Below the pieces are notes generated by a model that was given only the letters and a program-made list of their open reading frames with translations, was not told the DNA's origin and did not search any database. A DNA stretch of 53,401 nucleotides, filler included, from Sphacelaria rigidula (taxonomy: Eukaryota): the NCBI GenBank assembly GCA_964200075.2. It is 4 parts of 4 records of this genome, joined end to end, with 100 filler letters (N's around TTAATTAATTAA, not from the genome) between each part and the next. Parts side by side here need not be neighbours in the genome. Positions count along the whole stretch, not along the records: positions 26,752 to 40,026 come from CAXNAA020003006.1; positions 40,127 to 53,401 come from CAXNAA020003007.1; 2 more parts are not named here. One strand, written 5' to 3'. The translations under genes were made by a program, and so were the position numbers. Of the stretch, positions 36,201-47,439 are shown one piece after another (position 1 is the first letter of the stretch; each line of letters begins with the position of its first letter).

Positions 36201-37479
36201 ATCGGTCAAGTGTCAACTCAGCACGGTAGTCTGTTCACCCTAGTGTGACCCGGACAATTTCCGCTCCAATGATTTATGAAAATATGTCCATACCTACATG
36301 CGCCCAACGTGACTGATTGATTGATTGATTGTCGCACTTCAACTGACCCCCCAGGGGTCCAGCCGTGGTGTCATCATAGACGTACCCAAGAAAAACGAAA
36401 CTCAAACACGCTCTAAAGAAAAGAAGGAACATGAAAAAATGAAAAATACAAGATCGAACAGAACGACATAGCAGACTAAGTCGTCGAAAAAAACGTCAAC
36501 ATATATATGTACACTGTATGTATGAATTTCTTCTTGTGGCTGCAGTATGGGCTTGCACTACCAACTCAGGGGTTCATTCAGCAGAAAACAATGAAATACC
36601 GGTGTCCGTTGAGTTCACTGAGTCCATTCTTAGTTGATGATGTTGCGGCTGCTCTCCTCGGCCCTCGCTCTCACTCGACCACCGTTGTTGTAGTGTGCCC
36701 TAGCTGCTGATGCCCTCTCGGCTGTACAAGTTCCTTGGCTGAGTAGAAAACGCCTTTGTTTCGACGACCTATCAAAACATTTATTTATAATCTCAAGTTG
36801 ATTAAATGTCCCAGTCTTTCGAAGATGAGAAAATTTCACCGGCGTTATGTATACTTGTATGTAGTCGGAGTGTTTGCTGCGCCATTTTCTGACCGACGGT
36901 GTCGCTGTTTATGGCGATGCTTAAGTTCGCTGCAGATGTGGCCGTGGACGCTTGATTATTGAGACGAACGGGTTTTTCTTCCCCAGACGGCTTGCACGAG
37001 TGTTGCAATTTTTGGGTGAAGAAGAGGGCAGTTGGTATTTCTGGTTGATGGAATGGAGGGAAACTATGCCAAAATTAGGTTAACGGGAGGGAAGTATGTT
37101 GAGAAGAGATACATGGAAACCTGTTTTTGTTTCGCACGTGTTAAAACGGGATTATTTCAAATTGCGGATGGATTTGGCCTTGAGGATGAACCTTGGGTAC
37201 CTTCTTAGGCATCGAAATACTTTTGAAAACAGAAGCAACCGGGCTCTCTGGCTGTGTTGTGCGACTCCGACCATCCTCGAAAACGTTCCACCACAATTTT
37301 GTGAAATCCCGTGTTGACAGGGTATTCAGAAATATGGCAAAGAACCTTTGGTGCGGGACTGAACGGAGGTTGACATCGTTCACAATATCCGACACCCTGG
37401 ACAAAACAATATGTAATATGTATATATATATATATGTATGTAATATATATATGTATATAATGCCCGCTGAATCCGCCAA

Positions 37480-38580
37480 CGTGTCGGGTGGTCAGTATGT
37501 ATAGGGCTAGCAACATGATGGCACGAGAGATGAGCCAATATATATATATATACATATATGTATTGTGTCATCAAAATGTCAAGGTTCGCGACATGCATTA
37601 TATATCGACCAAACAATATATCACGACACGAGCCATCTCAATATACATTGGCGGAGTAGTCTGTTGGTGCGGTAAGGCGCTCATTTATATTGTCGAGTAC
37701 TGTATTGGCGGCCACGCGAGGTTAATATGATTAACGCCCGGAGCGCCAAAATATATTGCCGCCCCAATGTGTCGTGCGTCAACGCGTTCAATATGGTTTT
37801 AGCGAAGAGTACACGAGGGAACCGACCGTCACATCACATGTTGGTGTAGCAATATATGTATTCAATTATTCAATTGTATATTGGAAGGTTTATAGGAATT
37901 GTTATTAAGGGCAGTTTCATGTTCGCGGGCGCCATCGAAAGATACATCACCAGATGCCGAGAACGCTCAGTGTAGTCCTCCGCGAGCGTGTCCGATGTCT
38001 ATTGGCTGGCAATAGCTATGCGATGAACATGCGCAATATATATTGAAAGAAGAGTTTATTTTGCATGGTTCATGTCCAATATATATTATGGTAACAGCAT
38101 GTTACGCATCGCTTCGACTCAACATGTATTGGCACTTCAATACATACATGGTCGGCATGCACAATATATGTTGAAAGCCTTGTTTCGGAGCAAATGCATG
38201 TCCGATATGTATCGTCATGCATTACTTCACGATCAAGAAAAACATGTTTTGTTGCTTCCATGCCTCCGAGGACATCTGAACACAATATATATTGAAAGGA
38301 CAACATTTTGTGTTGTCTCCAATATAAGCTATCGGCATTATGTTGGAACATATTGTATTGTCCAGAGTACAAGCAACGAAGCACCGGTGACCAGAGGGGT
38401 ACCGAAAAGTCCATATCGACCCGCGTTTTCTGCCGTCGTACTGTTTAGCCAAGATATATTATATACTGTGAAGGGGATGGACGGCACCGCACCGATGGCT
38501 AGACAGATTCCAGAGGGTACATATAGCGGGTCGCCTCTTCTGTCACCATATTTCCCGACCAATCTATACAAATCAAACTC
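37480..38580. repeat. AT-rich region with many CAATAT(AT)/ATATTG motifs, likely transposon subterminal repeats
   Basis: The motif recurs more than 15 times in both orientations, with a similar tract at 39745-39950. Confidence 0.45.
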
Positions 38581-40026
38581 GTTCGACATCTCTCGGTAGC
38601 TATGCACGCGAACTTCTGCGGCTTTCTTCCAAGCTTATCTCAATCTAAACGGGCTCCGGCATCCATCGCGTCTGGACCTTTTTCAAAGCTTGCATCATAC
38701 CCATAATATCGCATTGCCTTTGAGATTGACGGGACTTTGCAGGGGCGATGTCCCTGCAGGACCGCGATGTTGGCGATTGCCGTCTTGACGGCCTCCGGTA
38801 CACGCGTTCTTGCCACACTTGGTTGACGCGGCAAGACGGCTCAGTCATTGTCCCTCGACACCGGCGAGATACCACAACTGCTCCCATCGTTTGCCCTTGT
38901 CGAACCACCGCTACACTCGCCAGTAGCAGTTGGCCCACCAGCTTTACTTGAAAATGCGTCAATTTTCTACTGCTTTTGACTGTCTTTTTTCGACATAAAC
39001 GGTCGCCTTGCTCTTTCGTTATGCGGCGGAGAGAGGGGGGTGGCGGGCGGTCTGTAGAGGGCAGAGAGCCGCAGATACATGTTTTCCCGTCGACAGCTGA
39101 GATCTGCAGATGAATGTTTTTCCATGGGCAGCTAGCAGTCAGTCACTATTGTTACAGCTGACAACCACAAAGTAGTGCATACCCTCAGAGTTGACCAGTT
39201 CGTACACAACAGAGGTATCTCAAACTCGAGGCTTGCCTTATATTTAACAGCAATTTACAGTACAAAATACCGGAACTTTGAGTATGATATACTTCCGACG
39301 CTCGTGGTTTGTTTGTTGGCTCTGGATCACGGCATTGTTTGAAGTAAAGGTGATGCCGATTCATCAGCTAACGTAACCGCACAGCTGAAGGGTTATGTAA
39401 CTAATGCTTCAGATCACTTCTCCTCAAAATATTTTCCTCGAAATATCCCACTGTTTTAATTCAAACTGATGCCTATTCATGAGCCAACGTAACCTCACAG
39501 TCAAAGGGTCGGGTAACTCATGAGGCGAATCCCTTGTCTTAATACGATGACCCCGAAATTCCCCGAAATTCCCTGAAAGAACGACGCAACACTCTCGCCT
39601 TTTTCCTTTTCTCGAAGTGATTTGAAATGGCTCTCGTATAAGCATCCTGCACGTCAACAAAATATTGAAAGATTCACTTGTTGAATTACACTGAGTGAGA
39701 GATTCGTTGGACGGCGTGACCTTTAGGACGCGGCAGAGCATAATGCTATATGGTTAGGTGGAACATGTACCCGACATTGACCCGCCCACCCAATGAATAC
39801 TGGGTGGGTGATATGTTGTAATACACGTTACCCCGATACTTCGTATATATAAATATATATATATATCTGTACTGATACCCTGACCGGGCGATATATTCGC
39901 ACCCGTACGGCCCCAATATGTGTTGATCGATCAATATGTTATCACCAATGCGACCTGTGGCAAAATCACGCCGTCGCGGTTGAGTATATAGTGGATCCTG
40001 GATGAAGACCAGGGGACAAGGGCGTC

Positions 40027-40126
40027 NNNNNNNNNNNNNNNNNNNNNNNNNNNNNNNNNNNNNNNNNNNNTTAATTAATTAANNNNNNNNNNNNNNNNNN
40101 NNNNNNNNNNNNNNNNNNNNNNNNNN
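40027..40126. other. Artificial contig spacer
   Basis: Identical 100-bp structure. Confidence 0.97.
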
Positions 40127-40193
40127 CAACTCGTCTGTGTCGATGAGATATTGCTTTTAGAGCTTAAATCCGTTTTTAGGCTGGCCCAGCTCG
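40127..40193. mobile_element. Right TIR of the CGAGCTGGGCCAGCCT MITE family
   Basis: taaatccgtttttAGGCTGGCCCAGCTCG|TA matches the TIR of 7848-8244. Confidence 0.8.
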
Positions 40194-40599
40194 TATTAAC
40201 AAGGCATACTTTTCATCCTATCTGTGCGTCACTAATTACAAAAAATGGTTGAAGCCAGCTAGAAACAGAAATGCGGTGGACCTATCAGATCGATTTTTTT
40301 CGTCACCGCATTTTTTCGACCGAAAAAACTGTGCTAAGGTCCTGTCTTTTCGAGAAAAAAGAAACGGGAAATGGAACAAGCGTCGAAAAGCAGTTGATTA
40401 ATCACCGAGAGGTTGCGGTGACTAGTCGACATGCTGCTTTTGGGCGCTTGTTCCTTTTCCTGCTTTTTGTTTTGGTTTCTAGCAGACGGCCTGGACCTAT
40501 TTGGCATACATACGTTACGTTACCTTCCGTCCGCGCGCCACTAATTATAAAAAATTACCTGGAGCCAGCTGAGGCCGCTCCTCGTGATGGACAAATAAA

Positions 40600-41010
40600 A
40601 AATCCTCTGAAAATGCTTTTTTTCTGTCCTTCTTCGTCGTTTTATGCCCTAAAAGAAAGCCAGGTGGAGTTTGACACCTTGGAATGACTTGCTCTACTCG
40701 TTGAGACAGTTGCAGGAATTTTCGCGTTTCCCGATGGCCACAGTTTTTTTCCAGGCCAAACTTGCATTCTTGTACAAGAGCGGTCATGAACGATCAAATC
40801 CAAAAAGAAATGCCATTTTTCTCTGGACTTGACCGTCTGTGGACGAAAATGCTTGTTCGGCCAGAAAAAGAGTGCAGCCAGCGGAAAACGCGATCATGTC
40901 CTGGAACCGTCTCAACGAGTATACTGTAGAACAAGTCATTCCAAGTAGTCAAACTTCGCCTGGCTCACTTTTCGGGCATTAAACGACGAAGAAGGACCAA
41001 ATAAGCATTT
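40600..41010. repeat. Fold-back repeat, copy 1
   Basis: ttggaatgacttgctctactcgttgaga (40679-40706) pairs with tctcaacgagta..caagtcattccaa (40910-40944). Confidence 0.8.
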
Positions 41011-41130
41011 TACAGGGCTTTTGATGTCCACCACATGAAATGGCCCGAGAACAGAAATGCCGTGGACCTTCAGATCGAACTTTTTCTTCTCCACCGGACT
41101 TTTTCGATCGAGACAAAATGTTCTGAGAAG

Positions 41131-41586
41131 AGCCGATTTTCAAAACTGAGGATGGAGATCTCATTGAGAATCATAACCCGGAAAAATCTTCGTATTAGAC
41201 CAATCCTTCGAAGTATGGTTGCCTTGCTTCACCCATTGGTAGCTTCTGACAACTACTACACGCCATACAATTTTTGATTCCGATAACCGAAACTTTGGGG
41301 TCCTAGGTGAAGAAATAACTCTGGGAAATTCATATGATCGAAGAAACAGTTCTGGCAAAAATAGGGGATCGATCCCCCAAATCCCCCAGAACTGTTTCTT
41401 CACCTAGGACCCCAAAAATTAGAATATTGGAATTCAACTTTGTATGGTGTGGAGTAGTGGTCAATAGCTACCAATAGGTGAAAGAATACAGCCATACTTC
41501 AAAGAATTGGTGTGGATACGAAGACTTCATTTTTCCGGGTTATTATCCTCAATGAACAGCTTCATCCTCAGTTTCGCAAATCGGCT
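41131..41586. repeat. ~455-bp imperfect palindrome centred on GGGGATCGATCCCC
   Basis: agccgattt..aaactgaggatg pairs with catcctcagttt..aaatcggct, and ttggggtcctaggtgaagaaa pairs with tttcttcacctaggaccccaa. The centre is at 41364-41377. Confidence 0.85.
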
Positions 41587-41759
41587 GATGAAGACACTCC
41601 TAAGAACCCGCTTTCTGGGAGACGTTCAAAAATATATTTTGAGAACTTCAACCCCGTTGTTGCCCGCCACGAGTTTTGAACGAGACAAAAAAATATCTTG
41701 TGGCTGTTGTTGCACACAAGTGGGGTTGCACACGATGATGAAGCCTGCGTGACCTGGGA

Positions 41760-42700
41760 ACTGTGCACATGTACAACAGCTCGCGAAGAAGACGTAGCGG
41801 CTGCACGGCCATCACATGACTTTTCCAATTTTCTGTGGAGACAGCATTTTATTCCCACCCCAATTCTGTACTGTGACGCCAGGTAGTGGAAGAACTGTTG
41901 GATCACTACTGTTGAGGGACTCCCCAGTCTTCCTGGCCTCAGTTTCAGTCGTCAGCCTTGACAGCATTCTCATTATTCAGGAGTACCCTCGTAGACACAG
42001 CCTCCTAGACACGGCAGGGCACCAACCTAGTGTCCCCGGTCATTATCCAGATCATCACTAATAACGGTCATTATCCATATCATCACTACCAACTCAACGT
42101 AACGGCGTTATTTCGTCACAGTACAGACCGGACGATCGCAGCAGTACAGCAACCCAGACAATCTTCAGGGCAGATCAAACCTTGTCCGTAGAGACAACAA
42201 CAGCTGTACAAAGTTCATAGGTATGGACACGAAGCGTGTTATTGGTTTCACAGACGACAGAACGCATCCAATACAGCATGACGACGTTTTCGGCCGCGTC
42301 TAGACTTGTGTACCGACCGGGTCACAGCAACTGTACAACACTTCACGCAATCCCGAGCGTAGACCAAACCGTCTTCGCAGGGCTCGAACGTACCACACTA
42401 CCGTGTTGGCTACAGCACAGGAATGATGGCTCTGCGCACGAGGGGGGTTGTTCGTTGCGACGCGCAGCATCCCGCAAACACATACTCGTATGGCATTTTC
42501 AACTGGCACTGCACTGCGTGCCGACTATGGTTTCGTTATACAGAGCGGAACGCAAAAGCAGCTCAGACAGTTTTAGCAGACATCAACCAGTTCTCGCAAG
42601 GTCTAAACGCACAACAGTACAGGGATAGCTGCAGCGCACGGAGGAGGCGTGAGTGTGTGTTGTATTACAAAATATTTGACATGTCCCATGCTTTGGTTCT
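41760..42700 (+). repeat. Dispersed non-coding repeat family; inverted paralog at ~50480-51330, fragments at 9265-9320 and 21640-21700
   Basis: Shared blocks include tctagacttgtg.accga, accacactaccgtgt..gctacagcacaggaatg and gcactgcgtgccgac. Confidence 0.75.
41871..42121. mobile_element. 251-bp insertion with short TIR (CTGTGACG/CGTCACAG) and TA TSD
   Basis: caattctgTA|ctgtgacg...cgtcacag|TAcagaccgg. The empty site cccaattctgTAcagaccgg is present in the paralogous copy at 51221-51240 (-). Confidence 0.85.
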
Positions 42701-42849
42701 CCGCTTGATTGTGAACGGATCCTGAAGCGTTCAAATCGTATCCCAACTCGACTTTGAACGCCCGGCCAAAATTTCGGGCCCGTTCAAACTTTCGAGGGTT
42801 ACTTTTCTTCCGTAAGGGCGTGTTTTAGGCCGCTTCTTATAGCAAACAA

Positions 42850-43250
42850 AAAAAAACATGGAAAACTGTCTCGTTTGTCCTTCTGCGTCGCTTCACCCGC
42901 GTAAAGAGGACCAGGGAGATTATGCAACCTTGGAATGACTTGCTCTACTCGTTGAGACGGTTCCAGGACATCTCCGGTTTACCGGTGGCCGCGGCTTTTT
43001 GTTTGGTCAGAATAGTGTTTTTGTCCAGAGACGGTCAAGTCCAGAGAAAAGTGGCATTTTTTTTCTAGATTTGGCCGTTCTTGACCGTTCTTGGGGAAAA
43101 AATTGAGTTTGGCCAAACTAGAAACTGCGGCCACCGGAAAACGCGAAGATGTCCTGCAACCATCTCAACGAGTAGAGCAAGTCATTCCAAGGTATCAAAC
43201 TCCGCCTCGCTCTCTTTGAGAGCGTACAACGGCGCAGAGGACCAAAAAAC
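42850..43250. repeat. Fold-back repeat, copy 2
   Basis: accttggaatgacttgctctactcgttgaga (42927-42957) pairs perfectly with tctcaacgagtagagcaagtcattccaaggt (43163-43193). Confidence 0.85.
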
Positions 43251-44429
43251 AATATCTACCGCAAGGAGCGACCTAAGGGTAGTTTCGTTGCCACCTGTTG
43301 GAAAATTTTAAAAATAAAAACTTGAACGACTCCCATGAGAGCTGGTCTCATCCAGAAAATGCGAGGCAAACAACCGCATGTCAAAGAGAAAAAAATCCCT
43401 GCGTTTCGTCACGTAGTTGTGATGCGCAGCCCTTGGAATCGTGTGCTCAACATTTCGAGGCATGCCCCGTCCTCTACAGACACCCACGTTAGGCGCCTGG
43501 CACCTGCACAGGTAGCCCCAGCCCACCGTAGTATAGGATTGTGCTTTTCAGTGGCGGTGGTGCAATATTAGGCGAGTAACACGAATATTGGTCAAGTTTG
43601 TCGCTTTGTTTTCCCCGCCAGACTGTCAGGTTGACTGAGGCTGTTCTCCGAAAACAGACAACACTACTTTGATTCTCGGCCGATTGAAACAGAATCAAGC
43701 ACGCAATCGACCAAACGATTGCGAGCTACGCTGTTGGCAATCAAACGTTCTATCGCGCGCCGTGTATCTCGTGATCAACACGTGCATCGCTTAAACGCAA
43801 AGGGTTATATTCGCCGTGGTTCGGAACGTTCATCCCCGTCTCTTGCCGCGCGTTGTGAAGTTCACCTGGACTCCACAGTACACGAGGGCCAACGAGGAGA
43901 GTAAGTCACGTCTCACTTTCTAGCAACGTATTAGTACACCATAGCCATTTGTTCGTGATTCGACCGTCCCTCATCTGTGTTACACCATTTCCATGATATG
44001 GAAGCCTACTGCCCGTGGCCATATTCACATCGCCATACCGGCAGTCATACAGAACACTGCACAAGTCATGTTCCACAATGTTTTTTAGTACGGACGGAAC
44101 CATGCTCAGAAGAGAGGTGATCACGTCAGGACGGAGAGCTGGCATGATCGACAGCAGACCACGTGTGGGACATCCGTAGGCTGAAGAACGTGTTGTTATC
44201 GTTGTTGTCTTTCACACTAGCCATTTTCCAGAGATCTCGCGATCGTCGTCACAAAGCCACGGCACAAAAAGACAGAAATAAGGATATATACAGTATATAT
44301 ATGCCAACGAACAGGAGCGCACGGTACCCCCGAGGGCGGGGTTCTATACACACGCCAGCGAGAAATAAAACACACAAAAAAAAATACGTACGGCTCGAAG
44401 TAACGAAATAAAATTGGGAAAATTGTCGG

Positions 44430-46120
44430 CTAGATGGTACGTGGGCCATAGAAGGCAAAAAAACAAAATAAAATAAGGAAGCTACATGGGACGACATAAG
44501 AAGTCAGGACAGCGCAAGGTAAGGCACGACGATGCAAGGCAAGGTAAGGTGCGGCAAGACGCCGCGACAGGGCGAAAGGACGATGGAACCAAAAACAACG
44601 AGGCTACAAAACAACGCTATAGAAAGGGAGACGCAACAATAGACAGGTCAGAACCGGATAGGACAGAACAGGACAGAAACACAACAGAGGAAGCCAAAAC
44701 ATACCAGACCAAGAACAAAACAAAGGACAAGACAAGAATAACAGAGAAAGGAAAGGAGGCCGGTGTCCTCTGTTGGTCACGAATCTCGCCACGGGCGTTG
44801 CCTCCTCCATCTTTGCTTCTTCTCTAGCAGTGGGGCAGGGAGATCCCCCTTCGCTTTCCGACTTGAAATTTATTTCTTCTCTGGTCCCCTCCGCCGTTTG
44901 GTTTTGCTTTCGGTCCGTCCGCAGTCTCGCCCGCCCTCGTTCGCCCCTTTGCTTAATTTCCCGCCCTCTCCAAACGGCGCTTCGCTGCTGGTTCCTGTTC
45001 TTGTCTCTGTCATTTCGTCATGAACCATTTCACCCCCTTTCCACCTTGCCGTACCGTTCGTCCGTTTTTTTGGCGCTCGTCTTCCACCTCCGTCCTGCTT
45101 CATCCGGCCGAGCTCTTGCCCCCCTCTGTACCCCTCTCCCCTCTCCACCGTTCCCAGCATGACACGCTTCGGGAGTCGATCGTTTCCCATCAACATGACG
45201 GATCCCGCGAAGAGCAGTCCCCGCCTGCGCGCGGTGGCTTCGAGGGTCTTGGTGCAGTCGGTCTCGTGGAGGGCCTCGGTATAGAACAGCGGGCGGCCCG
45301 TGCGCGTCCTCATGTTCCACCCGATGCAGCGTGTGAAGAAATCGCGAAGGACACTGTTGAGCTTGCGGTATTGCTCCTCCAAATGGGTCGGCGTCGTGCA
45401 CCCGTACAGGAGGGTCTCAGCAACCTCGTCATGGAGCAGTAGCACTTTCAGCCGGGGGCAGAGCTCCCGACGGTACAACGATGTGCCAGTCTGCTTGTAG
45501 CATCCCCATTCTTGGCGCAGGTCATTTGCCATCTCCTTGTCCATCTTCCCGTCCTCGCACGTAATCCCCCCGAGGTACGTAACCTGAATGGTTTGCTTGT
45601 ATACCTGGCCGAGGGCGTTGGCCCTGAATAGGCACCCCTCCACCGCTTTCGGCGCCAAGCACGCGATCTTTGTCTTCGGCTCCGACACCGTCAGCCTGAA
45701 CGAGCCCGAAACGCGCACGATAGTCGACTCATCTTCTCGAGGCTCACCGGCGATCGCGAAATAATACCCGCGTCGTCGGCGTATAGCATGCCCCACAGCG
45801 GCTCCGCAGCGTTCGCCATCGTGACATTCCCCTTTTCCCTTGACTTTTTCTTGATCATCGCCATGTCCGCCATAACCTCGTCGTCTTTTGCGAACTCGTC
45901 TTCTGACAAAATGAGCATTGCGACGAAGAAACGATTGAACATCAGCGGTGCCAGGTGGCACCCCTGTCGGTGCCTCTGACCCACGTCGAGCCAGTCGGAG
46001 CACGTCCCCTCGTCCATCCACACACGCGCCCTCATGCCGTCATGACACTGGCGGATGGTCGCCAGCACCTTGCGGGGCAAGCGGAATCGCTTGGCCACAT
46101 ACCACAGTGCAGTGGAATCG
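44430..46120 (-). mobile_element. 5'-truncated RTE-clade LINE: RT domain, C-terminal region and pyrimidine-rich 3' tail
   Basis: IRQCHDGMRARV...RQGCHLAPLMFN...LYADD (ORF 45691-46098), then a frameshift into KTK...YLGG...ETLLYGC...RLPKRVMLG (ORF 44870-46021). Confidence 0.93.
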
Positions 46121-46547
46121 TGCCGGTGCCCCTTTCGAACGATGTTTAGCAGCAGCGCAGCGGCTCCGCTGGCCTTAGGCCAACCGCAAATTGTTCAGCG
46201 CGCCCAATCCCCCCACAGAAGAAGGAGGTGCAAGGATGGCCGCCAGGATACGCCATTCGTCTTGAAGAGCGTCTTGAAGATATGGTACGGCATGGACGAG
46301 TTCAAAGACGTGCGTACAGCATGGATCGGGTTATGATCGCAGGCGTTGTTGCGTCGGGTCACCATTCTATTCCCGCCTATATCCTCGGACAGATGTTTTG
46401 CAACTCGGCTTACGCTGTACGCATGCCGTTCGACTTGCGGATAACCTGAAGACGTTCCAAAACGCGGATTACGTATACCAGTGACTACCCGTGTCTGTCC
46501 TAGTTCGCTCCCATTCTATCCATGGTCGATACATTAAAAAAAAAGAA

Positions 46548-46623
46548 AACCCTAACCCTTAAACCCCTACCCTTACCCTAACCCTAACCCTAACCCTAAC
46601 CCTAACCCTAACCCTCACCCCAA
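46548..46623. repeat. Interstitial telomeric repeat (CCCTAA/TTAGGG), about 12 units including variants
   Basis: Directly visible, with a core of about 6 perfect units at 46576-46611. Confidence 0.95.
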
Positions 46624-46861
46624 CGAAGGCATACCGAGAACCCTCGGGCAAAGGGGGTGCAAAACGTTTCCTTGGCAAAGTGTGCGTTGCGATACCTCAA
46701 ATCGGCGCATGCGGCGCCGATTTCGACGAAAATGCGTTCTGCGCACGCCAGGAGCACAGCCCCCACTATAGATCCGTATTTCGGCGTCCACACTAGGACC
46801 AAGTCGGAAAGTTCCATGCCCACCAACTGGATAAGGAACTATGGAGTGTTCTGCCGGTCCA

Positions 46862-47010
46862 AGATCCAGAGACCTGCACAACGTATCTGCGTAGACGAAG
46901 AGATACGTCCGAGATCCAGAGGTCCGCACAGCGTCATTGCGGCGCAACAAAAAAACGTCTGATATCCAGAGATCTGCGCATCGCCATTGCCGCGCAACAA
47001 AAAAGACATC
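46862..47010. repeat. Three tandem ~50-bp units (gatccagag...gcgcaacaaaaaa)
   Basis: atccagag recurs at 46864, 46914 and 46964. Confidence 0.75.
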
Positions 47011-47439
47011 CTCCGTCATTCACCATGATCCGTGACAAGACAGTTGCCAGCCCGCTGTCCGCACGACTTTACACAACATTGAGCGCCCTTCCGCTCTACC
47101 GGAGATACGACGTTTTCATGAGTGACAGTCGTGAGCAGATACCATTCGACGGTGCAAATGCAACATCTCCACCTGCACTCGCATCGAGTTTTGCAATGAT
47201 CGGACGGCCAGCAGCGGGAGCGGTGGCAACAGTAGAAGGAGCAGAGCGGCTCCCGCCGAGCCACTATCAAGTTCCCGCCTGACGGGGCAGCTAGCGTTCA
47301 AACGGCCATCGACAAGTACACTTCCAACGAAAAGATTCCTCCTGCACCGCCTGGGGTCCTCAGTCCCAGCGTCATCCGCTACTTGGGTGTGAGGCTGGAC
47401 ACCATACCAGGAGACAAGTGGGAGTATGGCGAGAAGAGA

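Noticed and set aside
43906..44145. Copia-protease-like peptide (VNMATGSRLPYHGNG)
   Set aside because: The catalytic DSG motif was not found and the similarity is too short to call.
46215..46340. Exon-like GC-rich segment after cccacag
   Set aside because: There is no clear donor, an in-frame stop is present and the product is unrecognisable.
46548..46623. True chromosome end
   Set aside because: The tract is short, internal, flanked by ordinary sequence on both sides and tied to a dispersed repeat.
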